Shown: piece by piece, positions 1-12,913 of the stretch | Layout: every line of letters begins with the position of its first letter | Position numbering within the stretch: position 1 is the stretch's first letter | NCBI GenBank assembly: GCA_965287045.1 | Contig: OZ336890.1 | Coordinates: forward strand, 34,968,001-35,032,000 | Source of the DNA: Carcharhinus amblyrhynchos | Taxonomy: Eukaryota | Reading direction: 5' to 3' | Length of the DNA stretch: 64,000 bases | Notes under the pieces: generated by a model | The model's database searches: none | Told to the model about the DNA's origin: nothing | What the model saw: only the letters and a program-made list of their open reading frames with translations | Translations under genes and position numbers: made by a program

Positions 1-276
1 GATTAGCAAAAGATGCAAATCATCAGCAACGATGCAAAGCCAAAGAAGAAAGTAATCTTAGCAGCATGGGGGCACTTGCACACTATTTTACAAATTAAAG
101 TAACATTTTTTGCTACAGTGCCTCTTTTTCTTGGAATTTCTGTAGTTATTTTAATTTCATTATAATTAGTTTCCTTATCCTAGTTATTTAGCTTGAGTCA
201 GTACAGACATGTTATACAAAGTACCAATTAATGGATTAGATGGACTTAAAATGTTTATCTGTTTTGTTTGTTATCC

Positions 277-1105
277 TTTCATGGGATCAGGGCATCAGTG
301 GAGAGACCAGTCATCCCTAAATTTGAGGAGGTAGTGACGAGTTGCCTACTTGAACTGTTGTAGCCATAGAAAAATAGAAAGTAGAAGCAGGAGTAGGCCA
401 TCGACCCTTTGAGCCTGCTCTGCCATTCATTTTGATCATGGCTGATCATCAAATTCAATATCCTGATTCCCCCCTTCCCCCATATTCCCTTGATCCCTTT
501 AGCCCCAGGAGTTTTAACAAATTTCTTCTTGAAATCACACAATGTTTTGGCCTCAACTGCTTTCTGTGGGAATGAATTCCATTGATTCACCACCCTCAGG
601 GTGAAAAAATGTCTCCTCACCTCGATCCTATAAGGTTTACCCCTTATCCTCAAACTATGATTCCTAGTTCTGGATTCAGGCACCCTTGGGAACATTCTTT
701 CTGAATCTATGATCCCCTCTCACTCTTCTAAATGCCAATGAATACAATTCTAATTGATTTAACCTCTCCTCATATGACAGACCTGCCATCTCAGGAATCA
801 GCCTGGTAAACCTTTGCTGTACTCTTTCTATAGCAAGGACACCCTTCCTCAGATAAGGACACCAAAACTGCACACAATACTCCAGGTATGGCCTCATCAA
901 CACCCTATACAATTGCAGTAAAACATCCCTGTTCTTCTACTCAAGTCATTGTGACTTGGTTAGAACTACAGTGATGATCGGGAGTTCCACACTTTTAATC
1001 CATTGGCAGTGGTGGGCCAATGATATATTTCCAACTGATGATGCTGTGTGGCTAGGAGGGGAACTTGCAAATGGACGTGTCCCCATGTGTCTGCTTCCCC
1101 TGATC
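277..1105 (-). mobile_element. Old LINE-like 3' fragment split by the CR1 at 365-945
   Basis: 277-364 and 947-1105 read as one degraded repeat. Its tip (catgggat..ggcatc..tcatccctaa) resembles the SINE tails at 55568-55630, 50651-50690 and 42680-42735. Confidence 0.5.
365..945 (-). mobile_element. CR1 LINE 3' fragment
   Basis: ORF pieces RPYLEYCVQFWCPYLRKGVLAIERVQQRFTRLIP and RRHFFTLRVVNQWNSFPQ match the CR1 ORF2 C-terminus, followed by a CR1 3' UTR. Confidence 0.93.
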
Positions 1106-1109
1106 TATT

Positions 1110-1350
1110 AAAAAGTTTATTTATTAGTCACAAGTAGGCTTACATTAACACTGCAATGAAGTCACTGCGAAAATCCGCTCGTCGCCACACTCTGGCACCT
1201 GTTCAGGTACATGGCCAATCTTTCACACTGTGGGAGGAAACCCATGCAGACACAGGGAGAACATGCCGGTTCTGCACAGACAGCCACCTGAGCCGGGAAT
1301 CGAACCCAAGTCCCTGACACTGTGAGTCAGCAGTGCTAACCACTGTGTCA
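1110..1350 (-). mobile_element. HE1/V-SINE, Rex1-like tail (type B)
   Basis: tRNA-like head (cagtggttagcactgct, ggttcgattcc), V-domain body, tail cttgtgactaataaataaac. Confidence 0.9.
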
Positions 1351-1484
1351 CTGCTTAGGTGACAGAGGTTAAATCTAACCACCCTATTGTGGAACATTTT
1401 CATTTCTAATTAGCTTTTGTCTAATAAAACTTCATCATTTGAAGCAGGATGCGTCATAAAAAATGAAAGTTTTTTTTAACAAGG

Positions 1485-1580
1485 CATTAGTAAAGAATAC
1501 CATACCATTCAATAAACATTAATGCTAATGGTACCATGTACCATTAGTAAAGAATCCTGAACACCATTCAATAAACATTA
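1485..1580. repeat. Imperfect direct duplication of about 38 bp
   Basis: cattagtaaagaat...accattcaataaacatta occurs at about 1485 and again at about 1542. Confidence 0.8.
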
Positions 1581-2253
1581 CAAGATAATAATGGATAGGA
1601 AACATGATTCATAATTTGTCACACTTGCTCAAAACTATCTAACAACATAAGATTTGCTGCAAAGGCAGGGTGAACTTTGTTCACCCCTGCGTCTGGCAAT
1701 CTTTAAAAATCTGTGCTGCATCAACAAGGAATTATTTGCTGTCAAGAGTCTGAAAATGGATGGAAAGATTAGTTCACAGATGGATAACATTGAAAAAACA
1801 CATCAGACTGCTCTAGAAAATGACTAAATGCCAGAAATACATCAAATAAGATAATTGTCTGAATTCTGGAGAGGGCAGGTTAACCAGTTGGTACAAAAGT
1901 AATAACAAGCAATCTGTCACTGGAGGGTGTTGTAATGGAAACTGTTGCTATTCTTCTGAGAGGGGAGGAAATTAAAAGAAAAACTGCTGAAAGTCTAGAG
2001 GCATGGAGTGCACCCATGTATTTTGAAAGGCTAGAAATAGCAGGGGCATTGTTATTCTTGTTTAATAATTCATCAGAAAAAGGTGTAGCACCAGAGGGCT
2101 GGTGACTAGTCAACATAAACCCTATATTTAAGAAGTGGGACAGAACATGCCAAGAGAATTACTCCACACCAGTGCTCGCAAAAATAATGGAATCCTCACT
2201 AATGCAGAGAATGGAAGAACATCCAGAAATGAGAAATACTCTGACCTTGCCCG

Positions 2254-2362
2254 TGGCTGAGATTCTCTGGCACCACCATACTGAATGGAGTTTTAGCTGA
2301 GAGCCAAATTTTTTGGTTTCTCTGGCAGCGGGTCAGGACAGGATGAGATCGGAAGAATTCCA
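2254..2362. mobile_element. Short TIR (MITE-like) element
   Basis: Ends ggctgagattctctgg and cggaagaattcc; interior resembles the reverse complement of 3421-3552 and 44107-44242. Confidence 0.6.
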
Positions 2363-2440
2363 TCCATAATAATGGGTTCCCCAATGGCAGAGTTTGCAAA
2401 CAGTGGGAAGCCCTGTTGACAGTGGTGGGATTGGAAGATT

Positions 2441-2748
2441 GGGCAGCACAGTGGTACAACAGTTAACACTGCTGCCTCACAGCGCCAGGGACACGGGTTC
2501 AATTCCAGCCTCAGGTCACTGCCTGTGTAGCGATTGCACATTCTCCCTGTGTCTGCGTAAGTTTCCTCCGGGTGCTCCGGTTTCCTTCCACAGTCCAAAG
2601 AGGCGCAGGTTAGGTTGATTGGCCATGCTAAATTGGCCCTTAGTGTCAGGGGGATTGGCGGAGTAAGGGGGATAGGGCCTGGGTGGGATTGTTGTCGATG
2701 CAGGGTTGATGGGCTGAATGGCCTCCCTCTGCACTGCAGGGATTCTAT
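2441..2748 (+). mobile_element. HE1/V-SINE, CR1-like tail (type A)
   Basis: A/B boxes, V-domain (gtttcctccgggtgctccggtttcc), tail ctgcactgcagggattcta. Confidence 0.93.
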
Positions 2749-3420
2749 TGTGGGGCGGGAGGGGGGGGGAATCCTCCCCGTAATAAATAACCGTCAGCAG
2801 TCAGCATGAATTTTGAAAAGGAAAATCTTGTCTAACCAATCTTATTGCATTTTTGAGATTTTAACAGAAAGATTAGACATCAGACTTTCTAAATCATGAT
2901 TTCTCATTAGGTTCCCAAGAAATTCTCTCTTCTTGATCTTGGTTAGCAGAGTTCTTTTAGCCTCAGATTTCCCCAGCAGTTCTTCACAGGTAGTGTGACT
3001 TGTCTGAGATATCTTAATCATTCACCTCAAAAACCGTAACTCTACAGCCTCAATTCTTCTCCACATTGCTTCACTGATTTTCCAGCACTTCACTGCAGGT
3101 CTGAAATTTCTGGCCTACTCTTATTCCTGGCCCTACTCGAAGGAGGATCTTAGTACCGTGACCCATCAGACTGACGGTGCACTGGGGCTCACATTCAATT
3201 GCTCTGGTATTTTTAATGGAACACAATAAGTACTGATTTACTTAAATCTTCTGGAATTTCTCTCGTGTTGTAGACTTCGTTAAAGATAAGAGTCAGTTAG
3301 TCTATTCCAAAGTCTTCGAAACTTTTAACGTGTTTGGTGACTATTTCACCTGGGCCTTTGGTTTTTCTTCTTATTTATTGCTGATCCTACTTCATCCTTC
3401 ATGATCTTTGGGTGACCCAT

Positions 3421-3552
3421 GGCTGGAATTCTCCATCCATTCCTGCCCGAAAGCCACCAGCAAGAGGGGAGAACCTGGAGCTCAGCTAAATCTCTATCAC
3501 TGCAGTGGGACTAAAGAATCCGATTGGTGTGAACAGCTGGAGAATCCTGCCC
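3421..3552. mobile_element. Short TIR (MITE-like) element inside the RTE
   Basis: Ends ggctggaattctcc and ggagaatcctgccc are inverted repeats; possible CAT flanking duplication. Confidence 0.7.
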
Positions 3553-3876
3553 CATGTGTTTCTTAATTGTTGGCTTTTCTTGTCCATTTTCCTCAAAGAA
3601 GTCTTGTATCTATTCAGTCTATCTTGTTAGCAGTTTGCCTTTCTCCTTGATAGTTTCCCCATCTTTCCCATTGATGCATCCGCCAGATGTACAATCAACT
3701 TTTCCTGTGATTTCCCTACTGCATTCTTCTCAAGTCTCTGTTTTTACATGGTTCATTCCTCTCACGGATTTGTTCAAAGATTTTGCCTTTTCTTCAACAC
3801 ATTTTTGTTTGATCTTTTTATCCAATTCTTGGCATTTTCGTTGATCTATTTTCCTCACCTTCCTTCTGTGTTCTGT

Positions 3877-4152
3877 TAAGTTTATTCATCGGTGTCACAA
3901 GTAGGCTTCCATTCACACTGCAATGAGGTTCCTGTGAAAATCGCCTAGTCGCCACACTCTGGGGCCTGTTCGGATACACTGAGGGACAGCTCAGTGTGGC
4001 CAACGGCCACGTCTTTTGCACTGAGGAAACAGAAGCACCCGGAGGAAACCCACACAGACATGGGGAGAAAGTGCAAACTCCACACGGACAGTGACCCAAG
4101 CTGGGAATTGAACCGGGGACCCTGTGAGGTAGCAGTGCTAACCACTGTGCTG
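3877..4152 (-). mobile_element. HE1/V-SINE type B
   Basis: V-SINE head and body with type B tail; inserted in the RTE. Confidence 0.9.
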
Positions 4153-4600
4153 TCCCCTAATTTTGTTTATTTCTCTTTTCTTCAGCTGGGGAGGGGAAGG
4201 TTGGGGGGGAAGGGGATTGCTTTTTAATGACTCCAGCACAGATGCTTTGAAAATTTCCTGTGCTGAATGGTTTCCTTAGTCTTGAAATTCCACTTCAATT
4301 TTTTTCCCTGTATCTCTTTAAAGTCCCTTTTTTTAATCAACTTCCTCAGCTTTCGATGTACGATTCTGATGGTGCAAGCTACAGGTACACACTTGCTTCT
4401 GCAATCAAATTCTGGGCAAGCCTTGGCTGATTGAACTGCGTTTTGGAATCTGCAACAAGTCACATCGTGAATTTGATTCTGGTCTAGTCACCAGGACTCT
4501 TCTAAGTGTATTTCCTTATTGGGTGCTCCTTGGGCCTAGTATTTAGAATAATCTGAATAATTGCGGCACACCAATCGATCTACATTTTGCCTCTTCCAAA

Positions 4601-7600
4601 GGTTGGAATATTAAGTGATTTATATTTCTTTTGTTAAATGTTAGAAATAAGGTCTAGTTTTAAGTGGGTTTAATTTATTGTTTCTGTAAAAGGAAGGGTA
4701 AATTCTATAGTTAGATTAATTCTAGGCAAAGGTGTTTATATGTGTGGGGGTTGGTTCATTTCCAACTGTTTCTCTAATGTGCGTAGACAGAGCTACGGCA
4801 TGAAGAGTAAATAAACCAGCAGCAGTGTGCTGATGTTACTTAGCAACTGGAGGCCCTTTTACGGTAGGAAGGCTTTTTGTTCTTCGTCTAGCGTAATTTA
4901 TTGGCAGGTGGAGACAGAACACTGAGGAGTGAACATTTCTCAACTCTGCCAGAAGTCAGGATGGGAGCTGCCAACCTGTAGGCTTCCTAAAGTACCAGTA
5001 ACTGTCCTGGGAGTTGGGACAGAAATAATTTTGTAAGGTAAGTAAAGCTAAGAGAACAAAGACCAAGGAATTGATCAAAAGAATTCAAGGAATTCACCCA
5101 GGCTTGAAAAGAAGCAGACACTTCAGGAAGCGTGGAAAATGCGCAGACCTGAAGGTGAGAGTGAAACCATGTGGTCCCAAGGCCCCCTTCCAGCTTACTG
5201 CTTGCAAATGTCCAATCTCTGGAAAACAAGCTCGACAAACTTCGAGCCAGCTTCACTTTCCAGAGAGAACTGAGGGACTGCTGTGTGTATTGTTTCACAG
5301 AGACCCAGCTCACTACTGCTTCACCGGACAGTGTCCTACAGCCAGAAGGCTTCTCAATCCATCAAATGGACTGTACTGCAGCCTCAGGCAAGGCTAGAAG
5401 GAGGTACAGTCTGCTTCCTAATCAACACCCCGTGGTACCTAGATATAACACTAGCAACTTCCTTCTACCCAGACCGAGAATACCTGACGCTAAAGTACCA
5501 CCCCTACTACCTTCCGCAAGAGTTTACCGTGTTATCCTGACAGCAGTTTACATCCCACCCCATGCAGATGTGAAGATTGCGCTGGACGAAATATACACCA
5601 CTACGAATAGCCTTGAGACAAAACATTCCGAGGTCATGTTTGTCGTGACTGGGGACTTCAATCAGGCCAAGCTCAAGAGCATATTACCAAGTTACCACCA
5701 ACACATCTCCTGTTCCACCAGAGGCCCAAACATCCTAGGACACTGCTACACAAATATCAAACATGTCTACCGCTCAATCATCCACTCACACTTTGGTAAA
5801 GCAGGCGACAAGGTTGTGCTCCTGCTCCCGGCTTACAGGCAAAAACTGAAGTAGGAGAATCCATCAAAGAAAGTCGTGCAATGTTGGTCTGAGGAATCGG
5901 ATGATCACCTATGGGACTGCTAGGAGTCAGTGGACTGGTTAGTATTTAAAAACCCAGTGACTAGCCTGAACGAGTACGCTACTACAGTAACTGACTTTGT
6001 TAGTAAGTGTGTCGAAGACTGTGTGCCAAAAAAGCAAATTGTGTGTTTTCCAATCGGAAACCATGAATGAACAGGGAAACCTACTGCTTGCTGAAGCGCA
6101 GGACTGAGGCGTTCAAGTCAGACAACACTGACCTATACAAAAAAGCCAGATCTGATCTAAGGAGATCCATCAAAGATGCCAAAAGACAGTACCGGACTAA
6201 GCTAGAGTCCCAGACTTGCCATACCGACCCCTGCCAACTATAGCAAAGTCTGCAAGACATAACAGACTACAAGATGAAGGCATTTAAAATCACCAGCTCC
6301 AACGCACCCCTCCCTGATGAGCTCAATGTATTCTAAGCCCATTTTGAGCAAGAGGTCAACAAGAGTATGCCTCCACCCTGGAAGCCGTAGATGAAGCTGT
6401 ATCTGGGGTCACCAGTGTAGATGTAAGAGCAGCTTTCTCAAGGTCAAACCATGGAAAGTGACTGGCCCAGATGGGGTACCCGGATGAGCACTCAGATCCT
6501 GTGTGGATCAGCTGGCAGGGGTATTTGCAGACATCTTCAACCTCTCCTTACAACAATCTGAGCTCCTTATCTGCTTCGAGAAGATGACCATCTTCCCGCT
6601 TCTTACGAAAGACCAAGCAGCGTGCCTTAATGACTATCGGCCAGTGGCCCTGACATCCATCGTTATGATGAGCTTTGAAAGGCTGGTCATGGCACAAATC
6701 AATTCCAGCCTCCTGGACTACCTGGATCCACTACAGTTTGCCGCAACAAATCCACAGCAGACGCCATCTTCCTGGCCCTGCACTCAATCCTGGAACACCT
6801 AGATAACGAAGAGACCTATGTCAGACTCCTATTTATTGAATACAGCTCAGCCTTCAACACCATTATTCCCACGAAACTCATCTCCAATCTCCATGGCCTG
6901 AGCCTCAACACCTCCCTTTGCGATTGGATCTTGAACTTCCTAACTCACAGTCCACAATCGGTAAGAATAGGCAACAACTTCTCCACGATCATCCTCAACA
7001 CCGGTGCCCCACAAGACTGTGTTCTCAGCCTCCTACCATACTCCTTATACACCTATGACCGTGTGGCCAAGCTCCCCTCCAATTCGATTTTCAAGTTTGC
7101 TGACAACACCACCACAGTGGGTCGGATCTCAAACAATGACAAGGCAGAGTACAGTAGTGAGATAGAGAATCTGGTGAACTGATGCAGCGACAATAATCTC
7201 TCCCTCAATGTCAACAAAACAAAGGAGATTGTCATTGACTTCAGGAAGCGTTAAAGGAGAACATACCCCTGTCTTCGCCAATGGGGATAAAGTAGAGAGG
7301 TTCTTGAGCTTCAAGTTTTTAGGTGTCCAGGTCACCAACAACCTGTCCTGGTCCCCGCCGACACTATAGTTAAGAAAGCCCATCAACGCTTCTACGTTCT
7401 CAGAAGACTAAGGAAATTCGGCATGTCAGCTATTAACTCTCACCAACTTTTACAGATGCACCATAGAAAGCATTCTTTCTGGTGGGCATTACAGTTTGGT
7501 ATGTCTCCTGCTGTGCCCAAGATTGCAACAAACTATGAAAGATCATGAATGTAGCCCAGTTCATTGTGCAAACCAGCCTCCCATCCATTGACTCTGCCTA

Positions 7601-8595
7601 CACTTCCCACTGCCTCGGAAAAGCAGCCAGCATAATTAAGGGAAATTATGGGAAAAAGATACAAAAGTCTGACTCAAGAACAGCTTCTTCCCTGATGCTG
7701 TTAAACTTTTGAATGGACTTACTTTGCATTAAGTTGACCTTTCTCTACAACCTAGCTATGATTATAACACTACATTCTGCACTCTCTCGTTTCCTTCTCT
7801 ATGAATGATATGCTTTGTACAGTGTACAAGAAATAATACTTTTCACTGCATGTTAATACATGTGACAATAATAAATCAAATCAAAAAATCAAATGAAAAA
7901 AGTAAATTCTGAATTAAAAAGACAATTGCAATAACCAGATTTAAAGTGGAAAATTTTTATACAGTTTGGAAATCAAGAGTTAAAGCAATTGTGAGCAATT
8001 TGGACAGCAGTCTAGAAAAAAAAATCCTACAGGGGTTGGTGTAAAACCTAGACTGGATTCACTGTTAAAAGTGGAGTGGAAGATTTATTTAAAAGTTTCA
8101 TTTGGAATATGTGGACTGTATTTCAGAATGAACACTGCTAAGGGAAAGTATTATCCTGAGAGACAATTTCAAAGCATGGTTTGGGAGTGGAGTTTGGAAA
8201 TTCTCATGTGTCAAATATTTGGGGGGATTCAGAGGAGAAATCTATAGGCAACAACTTGGATTCAGAGCAGTGTGTTTGACTACAATCACCTTATATGATT
8301 AAAAGGGAGTTTGTGTGTTACTGAGATCATCGTTGCTTAAGATGTACTTTGTAATCTGAGTAAATCTTAAAACCTATGTGCAATTGTTAAGGTAAGTGGG
8401 GAGTAAAGGAGTATTGTAATATAATCCAATTTGTTCATGGTTAATACATTGTTCTTGTTGTTAAAATTAATTAGAGGTCATGTGATTCTACTCCTCCATG
8501 TTTTATAAGAAACAACGAAAGTTACCGTCCTTTGAGCCAGTGTTCCATTCTGGAATCTTCCCATCCAGTTATAACAGTAACTGGGATTGTAACAC
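4601..8595. mobile_element. Probable solo LTR (4601-5110 plus 7895-8595) split by a Rex1 LINE
   Basis: Non-coding blocks of similar composition either side of the LINE; right end gggattgtaaca is LTR-like. No TSD found and the left TG is not intact. Confidence 0.45.
5115..7894 (+). mobile_element. Rex1/Babar-type LINE, near-complete ORF2, inactivated
   Basis: APE endonuclease (LLANVQSLENKLD..CFTET, GDFN), RT ([30 protein letters not shown]), many stops and frameshifts, 3' end tgtgacaataat(aaatc)n. Confidence 0.92.
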
Positions 8596-8895
8596 TTGGA
8601 AAAAAACAGAAGAATTGCAAAGCTCCTCTAATAACACAGAATGCAATGTTTCCACTAACTTCACACCAGCAAAAGAAGATCAAAAGCACTTTGTCTGGTT
8701 CGCCCTTTAAAATAGATCAGTGCTAGGATTAGAGTTCTTTGTACAGTTGAATGTAACCTCAGAGTGATGATGAAAGGGTCTGAACTGGACCCAAAATGAT
8801 GGATTGTGCGCTAAAACAGTGTTTGAGCCTGTTTGGCGTCACGGTCTGCCTATGCTGGATTCTTCTGGCACACGTAGGCCATGTCAGAAGCGGCA

Positions 8896-9270
8896 TAAGA
8901 AATAAGAAATAAGAACATAAGAAATAGGAGCAGGAGTAGGCCATCTGGCCCCTCGAGCCTGCCCCGCCATTCAATAAGATCATGGCTGATCTGTCGTGGC
9001 TCAGTTCCACTTTCCCGCCCTCTCCCCATAACCCTTAATCCCCTCTCTTATCAAAAACCCATCAACCCGCGTCTTAAAAATATTTAACGAGGCAGCCTCC
9101 ACCACTTCAACGGGCAGAGAATTCCAGATATTCATCACCCTTTGAGTGAAGAAGTTCCTCCTCAACTCCGTTCTAAACCGCCTCCCCTTTATCTTGAGGC
9201 TGTGCCCCCTAGTCCTACTGTCTTTTTTGAGCGGGAAGAGTCTCTCCACCTCTATCCTATCCATCCCATG
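8896..9270 (-). mobile_element. Young CR1 3' fragment
   Basis: TRGHSLKIKGRRFRTELRRNFFTQRVMNIWNSLP; (taagaaa/taagaaca)n tail; near-identical to 36575-36925. Confidence 0.95.
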
Positions 9271-9356
9271 AAGAATACCGGTGAGTTTTGCTTTGCAGTT
9301 TGTTGTCCCCACAGAGCCGACATCAGCATCTCTACAGACCCAAATGTCACAGCCAT

Positions 9357-9557
9357 TGGACAGAATATTATGCCAGTGCGAACCCCTGGTCCCACTGACG
9401 GTGCAGCCTGGCTATGGGCTTCCTGGCGGTGTAAGGTTGGAACCTGTGGGAAATCTCATTGAAAGCAACGGGACCAGTAGATCCCAGCACCGGCAAACAG
9501 CACCCCGGCTCCCGTCCTGAGAATGACGTGGCAGGAAGGCCGGAGAGAATCCCACCC
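9357..9557. mobile_element. TIR element
   Basis: Right end ggagagaatcccaccc; left end near ggacagaatatt; interior gggaaatctcattga resembles 31810-31825. Confidence 0.5.
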
Positions 9558-10269
9558 ATTATCTACAAATTCATCCCACTGGCTAGCGTTCAAACCAGAT
9601 TACATCTTATAAATAACATACCAGAACAAAATTTGTACAGGGTGAGTTGCAGCCAGTGTCCTACTTACATTCACTGCGCCCGTGCTTACTGTGACCATGC
9701 TTCAGATTGCTCAGGTTGTGTGATTCTCCCACAGGGCTGCTGCATATTGGTCTGGGGCCAACAACAATGAAATCCAACCCAGACCTGCAGTCAGTGCTCA
9801 GAATGTTCCCCCAGTCTTTAGACCGGCATCTTTCAACTAGCACACGACACGTTTATGAGGCAGTTGATATGCCATGAACACAGAAGCTACTAGTCAGCTA
9901 AAATAGACTCACTATTCAGTTAATTAAGCTCTTAATTCTGATCACAGCTATTCGGCTGATATTTTTATTGAACTAAAAAGAGTGACGATAAACTTTGTTT
10001 ACTATTTAAAAAATCTTTTCACTTTATCATTCTAGTTTAATAGTACGGTTGAGTGCGTCTGCTCTCAAAAGCCGTGCACAGACCCACTTTGCTTATGGAC
10101 TGTTCCAGCCCTCTTCCCGCACTTAATGGTGCACTAAGGCAGACTTTTGTTTGTTTCCATAGCTAGTTATTCCTGGAACAGGTCGCTAGTCTGACTCCCA
10201 GAATAAGACTGGTGTATTAATTGGTGTGTTTTGCAGGCAAACCTGAGTTTAACAGGCTGCTTTAGAAAC

Positions 10270-10568
10270 TAAGTTTTAAGTTTAAGTTTATTTATTGGTG
10301 TCACGAGTACACTTACATTAACACTGCAATGAAGTTATTGTGAAAATCCCCTAGCCACCACACTCTGGTGCCTGTCCGGGTACATTGAGGGAGAATTTAG
10401 CATGGCCAATAGCACCTAACCTGCACGTCTTTTGGACCGTAGGAGGAAGCCAAAGCACCTGGAAGAAACCCACGCAGATGCAGGGAAGATGAGCAGAGTC
10501 CGCACAGACAGTGATTTAATCCGGGAATCGAACTTGTGAGGCAGCGGTGCTAAGCAACGTGCACCCCC
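10270..10568 (-). mobile_element. HE1/V-SINE type B
   Basis: V-domain with type B tail and (aagttt)n end. Confidence 0.9.
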
Positions 10569-10827
10569 TGTAATATATGTAAAAAAGCACAATCTTTGCA
10601 AATTCTCAAGTAATTAATTCACAACTACCTACAACTGAATGTTTTACTACCTTGACATGCTAGAACGAGTCAATTATCAATGGAAGCTTTTAGATTGTTC
10701 TCTCAAAAGCAAATTGTCTATTGTAATTGCGTTATCATTTTTAAGTATTGTCTTTGAAAGAACATAGTCATTTTAACTCAGGCTTCAAACCCTAAATGTG
10801 TGTTACTTTGCTATCAAAAGGTTGGTA

Positions 10828-11187
10828 GGACAGAAATTCCACCCACTGCTAACGTCTCTCCATCACAGCGATGGGCTCAGTGAAATAATATGGTCAGTGC
10901 CATCATCTGGAATGGTGCAACGGAGGCGTCCGTCAGAGTGGACACCCTGAGGTCAACAAGGAGAGGGTACTTAACCAAAAAAATGTCTAAATCGTGCAAT
11001 GCCTGGGATAGTTCAGCATTTGTCTTTACGACTTTAGGCCTAAGCCAATAATGGAAAGAACGTGTGTTCCCAGCAGATCCCACAGGCCCTGTCAAGGCAC
11101 TTCAGGGCACTTCTGAAAGAAATTCCAGGGAAATTTCAGAAATGCTCCGGAAACATCCCAAAGTTTAAGGGATCCAGATTTCAACCC
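10828..11187. mobile_element. Possible TIR element
   Basis: Ends ggacagaaatt and gatttcaaccc are imperfectly inverted. Confidence 0.35.
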
Positions 11188-11765
11188 AATTTCAGCATCA
11201 CCAATAAAATTACCCAAAATAATGTATCAAAAATAGTCGTCCCATTCCTGGCCTGTTGTCCTGAGCGCGCAGAATGCTTCTATTTTATTGACAAGGACCT
11301 GGCCCTGATTCATCTGAGGCACCAGAGAAATAAAACAAATGGGTGTTTACCCATTTCACTGAGGATCATGTTCAATAGCCAAGGAGCAGCGGTACATCAC
11401 ATATGTTCCAATGAAGCCTGCCAGAAATAGTGTACTCATATACCCGAGCATTCAAACATTTGAGCTGCAGACTATCCCGTGAGACTGCATAGTAAATTCC
11501 ATTGATAAAGACACACCCTCGGAGAGGACGTAGGATCACAGGCATGGCTAGCGCATTGTGAATTTTCACATTTTGTTTTGTTCAGTGTCAGCTGAAGGTG
11601 AAAGCTAACTTTGCCATTAATGCTCTTGTAATTTATGCTGGATTTTGAAGTACGCTGTTTTAAATCCAATTCCCACAGCCGCTTTCACATTGATAAATCC
11701 TGCCCTTCTACATCTTCCCTCGCGCACTGATGTCCTTGTCAATGTCAATATTTGCTTAGCTGGGT

Positions 11766-12095
11766 CACAGAATCTCTACAGTGCAGAAGGAGGTCATTCA
11801 GCCCATCAAGGCTGCACCAACACCAATCCCACCCAGGCCCCATCCCTGTAACCCCACATATTTACCCTGCTAATCCCTCTAACCTGTGCATCTCAGGACA
11901 CTAAGGGGTAATTTAGCATGGCCAATCAACCTAACCCACACATCTTTGGACTGTGGTGGAAGCCTAGAGGAGCACCTAGAGGAAACCCACGCAGACACAA
12001 AGAGAATGTGCGGACACCGTACAGACAGTGATCCAAGCCGAGAATCGAACCCGGGTCCTTGGAGCTGTGAGGCAGCAGTGCTAACCACTGTGCCA
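11766..12095 (-). mobile_element. HE1/V-SINE type A
   Basis: agaatctctacagtgcagaagg tail through gtgctaaccactgtgcca head. Confidence 0.93.
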
Positions 12096-12407
12096 AAGAT
12101 AATTGCCACACCTTTTCTCATTCCAACCCCTTGTGAAAATTAGCAAGTGCTCTTTGATTAATGTGTAAGAGAAGGTTGATTTTGATTTGAAATCATTCTG
12201 CATCAATTGCCACATGGATTTACATCTCTGAGTATAAACTCACGTTGCTCGTTCCCTCTTTCTCCCTTTTTCCTCTATTTTTGACCTGGTCTATGCTAGA
12301 TATGGTTTTGCTGACATGACCTGTTCTTATCACATATACCGAGATAGTGTGTGCTGGTAGCTATTCCACACTGGAGGCTTCACAGATTGGTCAAAATGTG
12401 TCTTCCC

Positions 12408-12705
12408 ACAATGTGCACAAATAGCACTGCTGCCTCATAGCACCAGGGACCCATCTTTGATTCCTGGCTTGGGTCACTGTCCGTGCAGAGTCTGCATGTT
12501 CTCCCTGTGTCTGCATGGGTTTCCTCCGGGTGCTCTGGTTTCCTCCCACAGTCTGAAAAGCATGCTGGTGAGGTGCTAAATTCTCCCTCAGTGTACCCGA
12601 ACAAGCACCGGAATATGGCAATTAGGGGATTTTCACAGTAACTTCATTGCAGTGTTAATGTAAACCTACTTGTGACACTAATAATTAAACTTTAAACTTA
12701 AACTT
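12408..12705 (+). mobile_element. HE1/V-SINE type B
   Basis: V-domain, tail cttcattgcagtgttaatgtaaacctacttgtgacactaataa. Confidence 0.9.
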
Positions 12706-12913
12706 TGAATTACAGGCTGCTGGACACTGATCATTTGTGACAACCTCCCCTTCCAAATGACATTGAGGCTAATTACTGTGTCACCACAACTGACCAGGTT
12801 GAACTCAGTTCACTTACAAACAAGGGATCCTGTCAGGCTGTTCAAGTAAATCTGAAAGTGCTGGTCCCAATTATATCATCAGGATATTTTGTATACACCC
12901 AATTAATACACAC

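Larger units (their letters stand above)
1960..2870 (+). mobile_element. Old CR1 RT fragment interrupted by a TIR element and a SINE
   Basis: Degraded translation EIAGALLFLFNNSSEKGVAPEGW..NINPIFKKWDRTCQENY, resuming near 2795 as SQH..KGKSCLTNLIAF. Confidence 0.75.
2870..4598 (-). mobile_element. RTE-clade LINE, decayed and internally deleted
   Basis: Minus-strand translation gives endonuclease-like NQIH..RFQNAVQSAKACPEFDC, RT N-terminal LTLIFNEVYNTREIPEDLSKS and ECEPQCTVSLMGHGTKILLR, and C-terminal WKISEAMWRRIEAVELRFLR..EELL. Confidence 0.8.

Noticed and set aside
5171-7386. Rex1 ORFs as an active or domesticated gene
   Set aside because: Multiple stops and frameshifts; catalytic motifs altered (ADN for ADD, SDH lost).
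8767-8796. Hammerhead-like ATGATGA-aa-GGGTC-loop-GACCC-AAAA
   Set aside because: Both catalytic boxes are altered (no CUGA, no GAAA) and no stem I is evident; at most a dead relic.
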